DNA from: an uncultured Myxococcales bacterium
GTDB lineage: Bacteria > Myxococcota_A > UBA9042
Reading direction: 5' to 3'
DNA: 64,000 bases
Assembly: GCA_903896545.1 (NCBI GenBank)
Contig: CAITYF010000197.1
Span: 11,665 to 75,664 of the forward strand
In this document: positions 28,345 to 38,738 of the stretch, one piece after another
How the letters are laid out: every line of letters begins with the position of its first letter
How positions within the stretch are numbered: position 1 is the stretch's first letter
Position numbers and translations under genes: made by a program
Notes under the pieces: generated by a model
What the model was told of the DNA's origin: nothing
The model's database searches: none
The model's input: the letters and a program-made list of their open reading frames with translations, nothing else

Positions 28345-29400
28345 CTACGCTTGTTGCGTAGCCAGACGCCGCATCGCCGCCAGCACGTCGTCCGCCTGCG
28401 GCACGCTATGCTGCTCGTAGCCCCAAGCCAGACCGACGCCCGGCACATCCAACCCCGCGAGCAACTCCGGCTTCACTTCCAGGCTGTAAAACGCCTCGTC
28501 CATCACCTTGCGGATCACGTGTTCGCCAAAATTGGTCACTTCAGTATCTTCATTGATAACGAGCAGACGCCCGGTCTTCTCCACCGAAGCCTTCACGGTC
28601 GGCAAGTCAAACGGGTAGATCGTCCGCAGATCAATCACTTCCACGTCGATGCCTTCCTTGGCCAGCGTCTCCGCCGCGTTCACGCTCAACGGCAACATGC
28701 GCCCGTAGGTCACCACCGTGAGCGCCGAGCCTTCACGCGCGATCTTCGCCTGACCGATTGGCACGCGATAATCCTCCACGGGCGGCCAGTTCGGCTGCCA
28801 GTCGGAGCGATCCCCCAAGGGCGCGTCGATCATCGTGTGCAAAGTGCGCTCATCGGCGGGCTCGCCTGGAATCAGCTCCGCACCCTTTTGCCGCATCAGC
28901 GCCTTCGGGGCTAAGAAGAGCACCGGATTTGGGTCCTCGATCGCCGAAAGCAAGAGACCGTACGCGTCCTTGGGATTGGACGGCATGACAATCTTCCAGC
29001 CCTGAATGTGGCTCGCCATGCTCTCAAACGAGTGCGAGTGGTACATGGAGCCGTGAATGCCGCTGCCAACCGGCGTCATCAGCACCAGCGGCACGTGGTA
29101 TTCGCCCGCGGACGACCACGTCACGTTGCCGCACAGCTTCAGCAAGTCGATGACGTTGTAGATGTAATCGCAGAACTGGATCTCCGCCACTGGCTTGCCG
29201 CCCGCGTACGCGATGCCCAACGCCGTGCCGATGATGCCACGCTCGTCCAGAGGCGTGTTCCACGCGGTCTTCAGACCCTGCGTCGCCGTGAAGACACCGC
29301 CCAAAGGTGCGCCGACGTCTTCACCAAAAACGTCTGTCACGCCCAGATGGGTCTCGCCGTAGTGCAGCGCCAGTCGAATCGCCTGTGCAAGATTTGCCAT
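28345..29400 (-). CDS. 2-oxoacid dehydrogenase E1 beta subunit
   Basis: GEDVG..GGVF, NTPLDE, AEIQFCDY, YHSHS, IDLRTI. Confidence 0.92.
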   Translation of the reverse strand: MANLAQAIRLALHYGETHLGVTDVFGEDVGAPLGGVFTATQGLKTAWNTPLDERGIIGTALGIAYAGGKPVAEIQFCDYIYNVIDLLKLCGNVTWSSAGEYHVPLVLMTPVGSGIHGSMYHSHSFESMASHIQGWKIVMPSNPKDAYGLLLSAIEDPNPVLFLAPKALMRQKGAELIPGEPADERTLHTMIDAPLGDRSDWQPNWPPVEDYRVPIGQAKIAREGSALTVVTYGRMLPLSVNAAETLAKEGIDVEVIDLRTIYPFDLPTVKASVEKTGRLLVINEDTEVTNFGEHVIRKVMDEAFYSLEVKPELLAGLDVPGVGLAWGYEQHSVPQADDVLAAMRRLATQQA

Positions 29401-29409
29401 GACTCTTCC

Positions 29410-30408
29410 TTAATTGCCCGCTGGGCCTTCATGCCAAACGTGTTGCAGCACGTGCTCTTTGCCCGGCATCGGCTCGGCCGCCACCTTTTGCAGGTCCGCC
29501 GACAGTTGCGCGTTGTGCTTGTCCCACACGGCCTGAATCTCCGCTTGGGTCATCAGGTTTTCGCGGATCAGACGTTGCTCGTACAGGCCGATGCAATCGG
29601 GCTCGTCGTAGCGGTTGGCGCCGGAACTCGACGAGTGACCGTAGAGACGCGATACATTCGCCTGTAAGCAGAAGGGTTTACGTTCGTGGCGCACGTAGTC
29701 CATCGCCTCGGCGATCGCGTGCCAGCTGGCGATCGGATCGTTGCCGTCGACACAAGCGTTGCGAATGCCGAACCCGTTGGCGCGCTCGTTCAGCCGGAGG
29801 TTGTTCTGCGTCTGCGTGGCCGGCGTAGAAATGCCGAACTCGTTCTGCGCGACCAGGATCAGCACCGGCAGTTCGCGTCCCGGACGCGTCGACCAGTTCA
29901 TGCAGGTCCAAAAGTCGCCTTCAGCCGAGCCAGCGTCGCCGCCCGTCACGTACGACAACCCGTCGCCGCCGTGGCGCTGCTGCACAAGGGCCGTGCCGAT
30001 CACCGTCGTGTACTGGGTTTCAATCGTCGGCGTCACCGGCACGATATTCCACGCCTTGATGGCGAAGTGGTTCACAAAATTGCGGCCTTTGGAGTACGGA
30101 TCCGTCGCCGTCGACCGCATTTGCCGCAGGAGGTTGATCGGCTCCGCACCCATCGCCAGCACGGTCGCGCTCGACCGGTAGTGCAGGTGCAAATAGTCAA
30201 AGTCCGGCCCGTGGCCTTTCTTCGTGAGCAGACCGAGGGGCACATTGAAGCCCTCCTCGCCCGGTCCGCCAATCCAGAAGTAGCCGTGACCCGTGCGCAT
30301 CATGCGGATCATCAACTCTTCAGTCGCCCGGCCAAGAACCATCTTGTCGTGGATGGCAATCTTGAGCGTGTCGGTGAGCTTCGGGGCTTTCCAGGTAGTC
30401 GCGGTCAT
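29410..30408 (-). CDS. 2-oxoacid dehydrogenase E1 alpha subunit
   Basis: ThDP motif GDAGSAEGDF...NEFGIS, VDGND, RLYGHSSS. Confidence 0.9.
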   Translation of the reverse strand: MTATTWKAPKLTDTLKIAIHDKMVLGRATEELMIRMMRTGHGYFWIGGPGEEGFNVPLGLLTKKGHGPDFDYLHLHYRSSATVLAMGAEPINLLRQMRSTATDPYSKGRNFVNHFAIKAWNIVPVTPTIETQYTTVIGTALVQQRHGGDGLSYVTGGDAGSAEGDFWTCMNWSTRPGRELPVLILVAQNEFGISTPATQTQNNLRLNERANGFGIRNACVDGNDPIASWHAIAEAMDYVRHERKPFCLQANVSRLYGHSSSSGANRYDEPDCIGLYEQRLIRENLMTQAEIQAVWDKHNAQLSADLQKVAAEPMPGKEHVLQHVWHEGPAGN

Positions 30409-30702
30409 CGGCGGACTCGACGCGCGTTGCGGGCGCGATGGGCGCGTCAGTCTAGCGCAGGTTTTGGGCGGCGTCAGTACCGACCGCGTGACTTCCTGCG
30501 GTGAAACATCGGGTCCCGCGTCGTGCTACATCGCGTCGCCCACCGCCAGCCCAGTACCGGGACGTCGCGTTGAGCCGTTGGACGGTCTCGAATTGTGAAT
30601 CGGTATCGCCCAGAGGTCGTGTTCGCGGCAGGGCGTCGCTAAGCACGACGTCCCGCCAACGCGTGGCTCTGCAGTCCTGTCCGATGGGAACAAACCCTGC
30701 GT

Positions 30703-31881
<1,179 letters not shown>

Positions 31882-32210
31882 GAGAGTCTCCGGCTACACG
31901 AGCACTGTGGCTCGGCCAAGAAGTCCTTGAATTTGCGAGGACGGTCCGGCATTTCACGGGCCTTCCGGGCGCGGCAGCCTACCACGCACACGGGCGAGCG
32001 GCAATTGCCGGACGCGGTTGGAAGGCGGTCCTGGACGGTCGTGTGACAATTCCATCATGGGCGCGGCAAAAGTCGGCGGGAGGCGAAAACAGAGAGCCCA
32101 CCCTGCTGAGGGCGGGTTCCATCGCGCGGTCGCCGCCGCAAAATCCTCGACCCCCGCGCGTTGCCGCCTTATCCTGCCGACAGCTGCGGCCACTGCCGTG
32201 CGAGGAAACG

Positions 32211-33338
32211 ATGCTGCCGATTATTCAGCCGGTTTTTGGTCCCGAAGAAGAGGCCGCGGTGCTCGCTGTGCTGCGTTCCGGCTGGGTTGCGCAAGGTCCG
32301 CACGTCGCTGAGTTTGAGCGCAAAGTCGCGCTCCGTGCAGGCGCCAAGTACGCGGTTGCCGTGACGTCTGCGACGACGGGGCTCCATCTCGCGCTTGTCG
32401 CAGCGGGGATTGGGCCAGGGGACGAGGTCATTGTCCCGTCGCTTTCGTTCATTGCGTCGACCAATGCGGTGTGGATGGTCGGTGCGAATCCGGTTTTTGC
32501 AGACGTCGACGAGGAGTTGCCGATCCTGACTCCAGAAACGGTCGCAGCGGTGTGGACTCAAAAAACGCGGGCCGTGCTGGCCGTGCACCAACTCGGCATT
32601 CCGTGCGAGCGCGACGTGCTCCGCGCGATGTGCGAAGAACGCGGGGCGCGGCTGATCGAAGACGCCGCGTGCGCGTTGGGCTCACTGGCTGACGGTCGCC
32701 CGGTGACTGAAGGCGCCGATCTTGCGGTTTTTTCCTTTCACCCGCGCAAAGTGCTGACGATGGGCGAGGGCGGCGCGGTCACGACCGACAACGCGGATTT
32801 TGCCGAACGCCTGAAGCGCCTACGCAACCACGGCATGACGGTCGCAGCCGACGCGCGGCACGGCAATGCGGTCCGCGAAGGCTTTGCGGAACCGGCGTGG
32901 AACTATCGGCTGACGGACATTCAGGGCGCCATCGGCAGCGTGCAAATGGATCGCCTCGACGCGATCTTGGCTGAACGGCAGCGGATTTGGCAGGGCTATC
33001 GCGCGCGCCTGCACGCGGCCCTGCCGGAGATCCGCTTGCTGACGCCGCAGCCGCACGTGCAGTGGAACGTGCAGACCGGCTGCGTGCGTATCCCCGACGG
33101 GAAGCGCGATTCGGTGTTGAAGGCCTTGAACGACGGTGGGATTGGCGCACGACGCGGCATTCTCGCGGCGCATCTGGAGCCCGCATGGGCACACTGGCCG
33201 CGGACGCAATTGCCCAACTCAGAAGCCTGGGCGCACGACTCGCTCGCGCTGCCCGTGTTTCACGGAATGACGGGCGCGCAGCAAGATGAAGTCGTCCACG
33301 CGCTAGCCTTGGCGCTTGGTTATTTGGAAACGGTATAG
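32211..33338 (+). CDS. DegT/DnrJ/EryC1/StrS PLP aminotransferase
   Basis: GPGDEVIVP, IEDAAC, SFHPRKVLTMGEGG, NYRLTDIQ. GAGG RBS before ATG 32211. Confidence 0.93.
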   Translation: MLPIIQPVFGPEEEAAVLAVLRSGWVAQGPHVAEFERKVALRAGAKYAVAVTSATTGLHLALVAAGIGPGDEVIVPSLSFIASTNAVWMVGANPVFADVDEELPILTPETVAAVWTQKTRAVLAVHQLGIPCERDVLRAMCEERGARLIEDAACALGSLADGRPVTEGADLAVFSFHPRKVLTMGEGGAVTTDNADFAERLKRLRNHGMTVAADARHGNAVREGFAEPAWNYRLTDIQGAIGSVQMDRLDAILAERQRIWQGYRARLHAALPEIRLLTPQPHVQWNVQTGCVRIPDGKRDSVLKALNDGGIGARRGILAAHLEPAWAHWPRTQLPNSEAWAHDSLALPVFHGMTGAQQDEVVHALALALGYLETV

Positions 33339-33615
33339 ACCGCGCCGCCAATTGTCCCAAAGTACAAGCACTTGTCGTCGACCGCGAGCACGCGTTGGAA
33401 CGGCCAGCCGTCCAACTGGCCCATCTCGTTGTAGAGTTCGGTCTCCGTGGACGTCGTCAGGTTCCAACGCGCCAGCGGTCCATTCAGGATCTTGTAGTAC
33501 GCGTTGTCGCCGTCCATCAGCAGGTTGCGGGGGCTGCCCGACGTCGTCTTCACGTGCGTCAGGTTTTGGCCGCTCGTGTCGACGCGCCACAAGCCCGCGT
33601 CCGTATTGGTGAACG
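33288..33615. repeat. 328-bp direct repeat, copy A
   Basis: Matches 36143-36470 with 8 substitutions and no gaps. Confidence 0.95.
33320..33615 (-). pseudogene. Orphan duplicate of the 3' end of gene 36175-38583
   Basis: Encodes FTNTDAGLWR...GGAVYTVSK; homology stops abruptly at 33615. Confidence 0.8.
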
Positions 33616-33834
33616 GTTGGCCGGCGTGAACGGCTGGGGCACGCAGGCAAGTGGTCGCGGCGCGAGGTGGTGCTGCGGCCGCAACCTCCAAGGCGCAAGA
33701 AGGAACGCGCGAACGATGAAACCGCCTGCGCGCACGCACGGCGAGAGGCGAAGCCGGCCGAGAGCTTCAACCGCTTCGACCGTGGCTTGACCCGCCGGTC
33801 GTACTGGCCCATTGTCGACGTCGGAGATTCCGCG

Positions 33835-35070
33835 ATGCTCGGGCGATTATGGATGTTGAGCCTCGTCTTGTGCGCCTCCTGCGGCACCGCGATTCCGATT
33901 GGTGCGACGGATGCGTCCGCCGCGAACGCGACTGACGACGTCGACCTCGGCCTCGCCGACGCAGGGCCAGACGTCGCATTCACCCCTGACATCCCCGCTC
34001 CCGACGCGGTCAGCCCCGACGCGTGCACGAGCAACTGCGCCTGCGGCAACGGCGTCTGCGATGCAGAAGAAACCGTCACTTTGTGCCCCGCCGACTGCGC
34101 GTTTCTCGCCGCGCATACGGCCGGGTCTTGTAGCCAACCCGGCAGTTGGAACGGCTGTCCGTGGGGCTACATCTGCGCGGGGCGGAGCAAGGCTGGCGGC
34201 GGCAACGTCTGTGTGGCGGATTTCGATACGTGGGGCGTCTTGCCTGACGCGCGGGCTGCCAGCGAGTACGTCGACTTTGGCTGGTCTGTGACGGACAGCC
34301 TGACAGGTCTCGAATGGGCCAAAGAGGCGCTGCCGCCGATGCCGTGGGCGGTGGCGCTGAGCGCGTGCACGACACAGACGATCGGCGGTCACACCGACTG
34401 GCGATTGCCAAGCAACGCAGAGTTGCGGACGTTGCTGGACTACGCCAAGGAGTTTCCAGCGGCTACTGCACCGGGGTTGAGCTGGCCCCCGAACTGCATC
34501 ACCGGCGTGACCGACTACTCCACATGGTGCGGCGACCCGTACTGGAGCGACGTCCCCGGTCCGACCTGGAAAAGCGCTTGGGAGCTCGATTTTGCCGACG
34601 CGAGCAACTTGCCCAGCGATCCGACGGCGACGTGGCACGTGCGCTGCGTGCGCGGGGCCGCCTCCGGAGCCAAGTCCCAAGGCGTCGGGGCGCGTTTTGC
34701 CGCAACCGATCAAGGCCAGGTCGTTCTGGATAGGGTCACCGGGTTGCGCTGGCAGATCGGGGAATCGGTCGGCTGGATAGCCCACGCGGCGGCAGAGACT
34801 TGGTGTGCCACGAACGCCGCCGCAGCGCCGGGGGAGGGCTGGCGACTCCCGTCGATACGCGAGCTGACCTCCATCGTCGACCGCCGCCTCACGCAGCCGG
34901 CGATCGACCCGATCTTTGGCACGACGCAGTATTTTCCGCACTGGAGTACAAGTCTGGTTGCCAGGTCTTACGGCGACGGCACGCCACTGCCTTGTTGGTT
35001 GATGGTCGAATTCGCAGTCGGCTTTTCAGATCTTGCCTGCGGAAGCAGCGTCGCCCGCTGCGTCCGCTAA
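33835..35070 (+). CDS. Lipoprotein with two Lcl/DUF1566-like (C-type lectin fold) domains
   Basis: Lipobox CASC; CGNGVCD Cys module; two copies of V.D..TGL.W...A...C...WRLPS..EL....W...RCVR. Confidence 0.82.
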   Translation: MLGRLWMLSLVLCASCGTAIPIGATDASAANATDDVDLGLADAGPDVAFTPDIPAPDAVSPDACTSNCACGNGVCDAEETVTLCPADCAFLAAHTAGSCSQPGSWNGCPWGYICAGRSKAGGGNVCVADFDTWGVLPDARAASEYVDFGWSVTDSLTGLEWAKEALPPMPWAVALSACTTQTIGGHTDWRLPSNAELRTLLDYAKEFPAATAPGLSWPPNCITGVTDYSTWCGDPYWSDVPGPTWKSAWELDFADASNLPSDPTATWHVRCVRGAASGAKSQGVGARFAATDQGQVVLDRVTGLRWQIGESVGWIAHAAAETWCATNAAAAPGEGWRLPSIRELTSIVDRRLTQPAIDPIFGTTQYFPHWSTSLVARSYGDGTPLPCWLMVEFAVGFSDLACGSSVARCVR

Positions 35071-35184
35071 CCCTCGACCGAGTCGCGGGGCTCGCTGAAT
35101 TCCGGGCGACGGGCGAGCGCTGACGTCGCAGCGGATCTCACTTCAGGCCGCGCTTGAACGCGGGATCAAGCGAGAAGCTCAGGC

Positions 35185-35204
35185 GTGTAGCAGAAGCAAA
35201 CCAC
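35185..35204 (-). mobile_element. oriIS-like end of an IS91/ISCR element
   Basis: Minus strand GTGGTTTG-N6-CTACAC, ~200 bp downstream of the transposase remnant. Resembles ISCR ori ends as recalled (GTTT..N..CTATAC). Confidence 0.4.
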
Positions 35205-35405
35205 ATCTCCGCCCCGCTCGGCCGCTCAGTCATCGCCCCCGCCCGGACCTTCCACGCGCAAACCGACCACTTTGGCCAGTCTGACGCCGCCAGATCCGCG
35301 CATTAAGCGCTCGTTTGTCCCTGATCTTGCGTGAATTTACGCACTTTGGACGCACCGGTCCGCCCGCAGCGCCTTTGCGCCACGTGTATGCGCCCGGTCG
35401 TATGC

Positions 35406-35920
35406 CTATGCCGCGGCCAGTTCCCAATCCGCAAACGACAGGTCAATGTCATCGCCCAGATCCGGATCAAAGTCATCCAAATATTCAGGCGGATCAATCA
35501 GTTCGGGTGGTCCCATGGGCTGTACGATGTCGTTCGGCTCTTGCTGCAGCTTGAGGTGCCGTAGGAACCGCGCCGCCTCCGGGCCCGCCGGGATCACCGC
35601 CAGCAGCTTGAGCCGGTGGTCGCACGCGCGGGTCAGAATATCTATGCAAAACGACAGCTTGAGAGTCTTGCTCCACGTCGGTTTCGTTGCCTTCTCGATC
35701 AGCCCCAGCCGGTCAGTCAGGTCCAGCGGCTGCGGCCTTTCCTCGTTCCGCCTCCCGGGCGCGTGCTCGCCTGCCAGCACCACGCGCGCGCAGTGTCTGG
35801 CTACCGCGCCGCCCTCGATCCGCCTCCAGGTATTCGGCGGCGGGCGGCTTGCTGGTTCGGGGCGAACGCGCCGTGGTAGGTGATACCGGGCTTGGCTGGC
35901 TTGGTGGAGGTGCGCATCCT
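35406..35920 (-). pseudogene. IS91-family transposase C-terminal remnant (frameshifted)
   Basis: ITYHGAFAPN in one frame and TWSKTLKLSFCIDILT..CDHRLKLLAVI....ARFLRHLKL in another; both resemble IS91-type C-termini. Confidence 0.65.
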
Positions 35921-36142
35921 CCACGGTGTTCGTGAGTTTCAGATTTTTTGCCGCGGCGTGCCGCGCACCTTTCTGGCCAGTTGCCGCCCGCTCCGCCTCC
36001 GCCCGGACTCGCCTACCGGATGTCGGCCCAGAAGCTGGACGCGGACGGCCAAGCTGGCGAACTGCCTTCTGCGCAGGACGATTGGCGCACTTCATGTTGC
36101 TTTCGGACAAATCGCTCTCGACTCCATCGTGGTCGTTGGGTG

Positions 36143-36470
36143 GAAGTCGTCCACGCGCTAGCCTTGGCGCTTGGTTACTTGGAAACGGTATAGACCGCGC
36201 CGCCAATTGTCCCAAAGTACAGGCACTTGTCGTCGACCGCGAGCACGCGTTGGAACGGCCAGCCGTCCAACTGGCCCATCTCGTTGTAGAGCTCGGTCTC
36301 CGTGGACGTCGTCAGGTTCCAACGCGCCAGCGGTCCATTCAGGATCTTGTAGTACGCGTTGTCGCCGTCCATCAGCAGGTTGCGGGGGCTGCCCGACGTC
36401 GTCTTCACGTGCGTCAGGTTCTGGCCACTCGTGTCGATCCGCCACAAGCCCGCGTCCGTGTTGGTGAACG
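36143..36470. repeat. 328-bp direct repeat, copy B
   Basis: Matches 33288-33615. Confidence 0.95.
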
Positions 36471-38583
36471 ACGCGACCCAATAGACGTAGTTGTTGACGT
36501 AAGAAACGCCGTATCGGTGTGAACCGCCGCCTTTGGTCGTGTCGCCCAGCAGCGTGCTCACGACGCCGCCTGCCGAGACCTTCTCCAGCGCTTGTGGCGT
36601 GTATTGGCTTGACGTGTAGATCGCGGTGCCGTCCGTTGCCAGACCGAGATTCGCCTCGGTCAGCGGCAGCGACGTCAGCACATTATTCTGCGCCAGGTCG
36701 TAAAAGCCGATGCCCGCTTTGTTCACGCCAGCGGCGTTGGATGCGTACCACGCGACGAGATCGCCGTACACAATCGCCTCCGTCAGCGACTTGAGGCCGA
36801 AGGCCAGCTGAACGACGTCGACCGCGCAGCCTTGCCCGTCGCAGTCGATCACGTACCCGTCCAGCGCGCCGCTGCCAAACGCGCCCGCGTCGCCGATGAG
36901 GATGCGCGTACCGTGCGGCACCAAGGAAATCGGCGCGATCAGTTGATCGACGATCGTCTTCATGTTCGCGTTGGCCGTGCCGCAGCCCGCCAGCTTCGGG
37001 CAGGAGACGACCTTGCCCCACTTGTTGCCGCCTGGGTCGCGCACGCCAAAGATGACGCGGTCGTCCATGACGGTGACGGCCGAGACCGAGCCGATCGCGT
37101 CGGGGTAATCCAACAGCAGTCGCGGCGTCGCGTTGCACACCGGCTTGGGGCAGCCGTCCACGCCGACGCACTGACCCTGCGCGTTGCACGCGTCCGCGGT
37201 GGTGCAGGCGACGCCGTCATCACACGATGTGCCGAACGTCACGATTTCATTCTTGCACAGACCCGACTTCGGGTTGCACGAATCCGTCGTGCACGGGTTC
37301 TTGTCGTCGCAGTCTTTCAACACGCCAGAGGCGCAGAGACCTGCCACGCACGTGTCCACCGCGGTGCATGCGTCGTTGTCCGTACACGTCGTGCCGTTGC
37401 TGACGTCGGTGTTGATGCAGCCATCGGCCATCGAGCACGTGTCCGTCGTGCACGCGTTGCCGTCGCCGCACGCCGCGTCGCTGCCGACGTGGCTGCACTG
37501 GCCGGTCGCGTCGCAGGTATCGGCGGTGCAATCGAGCTTGTCGTCGCACGTCGCCTTGGCTGGCGTGCAGGAGCCCAAGTCGCAGAATTCGTTTTGGGTG
37601 CAAGGGTCGCCGTCGTCGCACAGTCCAATCTTGTTTACGTTGCCGCAGCCGCTGTCCAGGCTGCACGCGTCGGTGGTGCACTGGTTGCCGTCCTCGCACG
37701 CCGCGTCACTGGCAACGTGGCTGCATTGCCCGGCGGCGTCGCAACTGTCGGTCGTGCACGCCAACTTGTCGTCGCACTTCTGCTTGGCGGGTACGCACGT
37801 CGTGCCGTCGCAGTAGTCACCTTGCGTGCAGCTATCGCCGTCGTCGCACAGGCCGACCATCGGGGCGTTGCTGCAGCCACCGTTGAGCGTGCAGGTGTCG
37901 GTCGTGCACTGGTTGCCGTCGTCGCACGCCGCGTTCACCGCGGTGTGGTCGCACTTGCCGGCGACATTGCATTCGTCCGTGGTGCACGGCAGCCCGTCGT
38001 CGCACTTCGCCGTGGGTCCCACGCACGTGGCGTTGTCGCATGCGTCGTTGATCGTGCACGCGTTGCCGTCATCACAGGGTGTACCGCCCGCCGCCGTTGC
38101 CTTGCCGCACGCGCCGTTTTCGCAGGTATTCCACTGGCACGCCGTGTCGGTCCCGCCGCAATCCGCGGGCGTGATGCACTCGGGCGCGGCCACGTCCGGG
38201 CCCGTGTCTTCTTGCGCGACATCCGGCGGCACGTCCGCTTCCGTATCGGGTCCCGCATCCGGCGCAACGTCGGCCGCAACGTCCGGCTCGACATCTGGCG
38301 CCACGTCAGGTGCGACGTCCGTCGCTGCATCGGGTGCGACGTCCGCATCTTCCTTGGCCGCAACGTCCGCGTCCTGACTGACGACGTCCGAAGGGGGGAA
38401 CTCCGCGCTGGCCACGTCGGTCGTTCCGCTCGCGTCGGTGCCTTCTTGGGCGTCGGCGTCTTCCGTTGCATCGTCCAGCGTCGTGTACTGCGCGAGCGCC
38501 GCGATGTCATTGCCACACGATGAAAGTCCCGTTGCGAGCACAGCGCTCAAGCTCAAGACACACAAAGATTGCGTTTTCCACAT
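36175..38583 (-). CDS. Cys-rich lipoprotein: Dictyostelium-type CDDGNxCTxDxC repeats plus probable beta-propeller C-terminus
   Basis: Lipobox LSSC, DVAP tandem linker, about 12 C-D-D-x-x-x-C-T-x-D-x-C repeats. Confidence 0.88.
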   Translation of the reverse strand: MWKTQSLCVLSLSAVLATGLSSCGNDIAALAQYTTLDDATEDADAQEGTDASGTTDVASAEFPPSDVVSQDADVAAKEDADVAPDAATDVAPDVAPDVEPDVAADVAPDAGPDTEADVPPDVAQEDTGPDVAAPECITPADCGGTDTACQWNTCENGACGKATAAGGTPCDDGNACTINDACDNATCVGPTAKCDDGLPCTTDECNVAGKCDHTAVNAACDDGNQCTTDTCTLNGGCSNAPMVGLCDDGDSCTQGDYCDGTTCVPAKQKCDDKLACTTDSCDAAGQCSHVASDAACEDGNQCTTDACSLDSGCGNVNKIGLCDDGDPCTQNEFCDLGSCTPAKATCDDKLDCTADTCDATGQCSHVGSDAACGDGNACTTDTCSMADGCINTDVSNGTTCTDNDACTAVDTCVAGLCASGVLKDCDDKNPCTTDSCNPKSGLCKNEIVTFGTSCDDGVACTTADACNAQGQCVGVDGCPKPVCNATPRLLLDYPDAIGSVSAVTVMDDRVIFGVRDPGGNKWGKVVSCPKLAGCGTANANMKTIVDQLIAPISLVPHGTRILIGDAGAFGSGALDGYVIDCDGQGCAVDVVQLAFGLKSLTEAIVYGDLVAWYASNAAGVNKAGIGFYDLAQNNVLTSLPLTEANLGLATDGTAIYTSSQYTPQALEKVSAGGVVSTLLGDTTKGGGSHRYGVSYVNNYVYWVASFTNTDAGLWRIDTSGQNLTHVKTTSGSPRNLLMDGDNAYYKILNGPLARWNLTTSTETELYNEMGQLDGWPFQRVLAVDDKCLYFGTIGGAVYTVSK

Positions 38584-38738
38584 GGCGCCTCCCCCAACGC
38601 TTTGATGCGGCCAGTTCCCTCACTCGCGAACAGGAACGAGTGTGAGCCGGAGGAAAAGCGCCGTCAAGCGGCAGGAATGCGCGCGGCGCGTCCGATCAGC
38701 GGACAGAATGGGCACGCGTGTTGCGCTGGGTTTCTGCG

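Noticed and set aside
30409-30702. Riboswitch or ncRNA upstream of E1 alpha (GGGACGTCG...CGACGTCCC inverted repeat)
   Set aside because: Only a 9-bp GC-rich inverted repeat, no known aptamer motif and no second copy.
33320-33739. 139-aa ORF as a real gene
   Set aside because: Chimera of unrelated sequence and the duplicated 3' fragment, with no convincing start signal.
33288-36470. Diversity-generating retroelement (TR/VR pair near an Lcl-fold gene)
   Set aside because: Differences are not adenine-specific and are nearly all synonymous, the repeat is not in the Lcl gene, and no reverse transcriptase is in the window.
36900-38400. CRISPR-like or non-coding tandem array
   Set aside because: The periodicity is in-frame protein repeat (Cys and DVAP units); no constant repeat with unique spacers and no cas genes.
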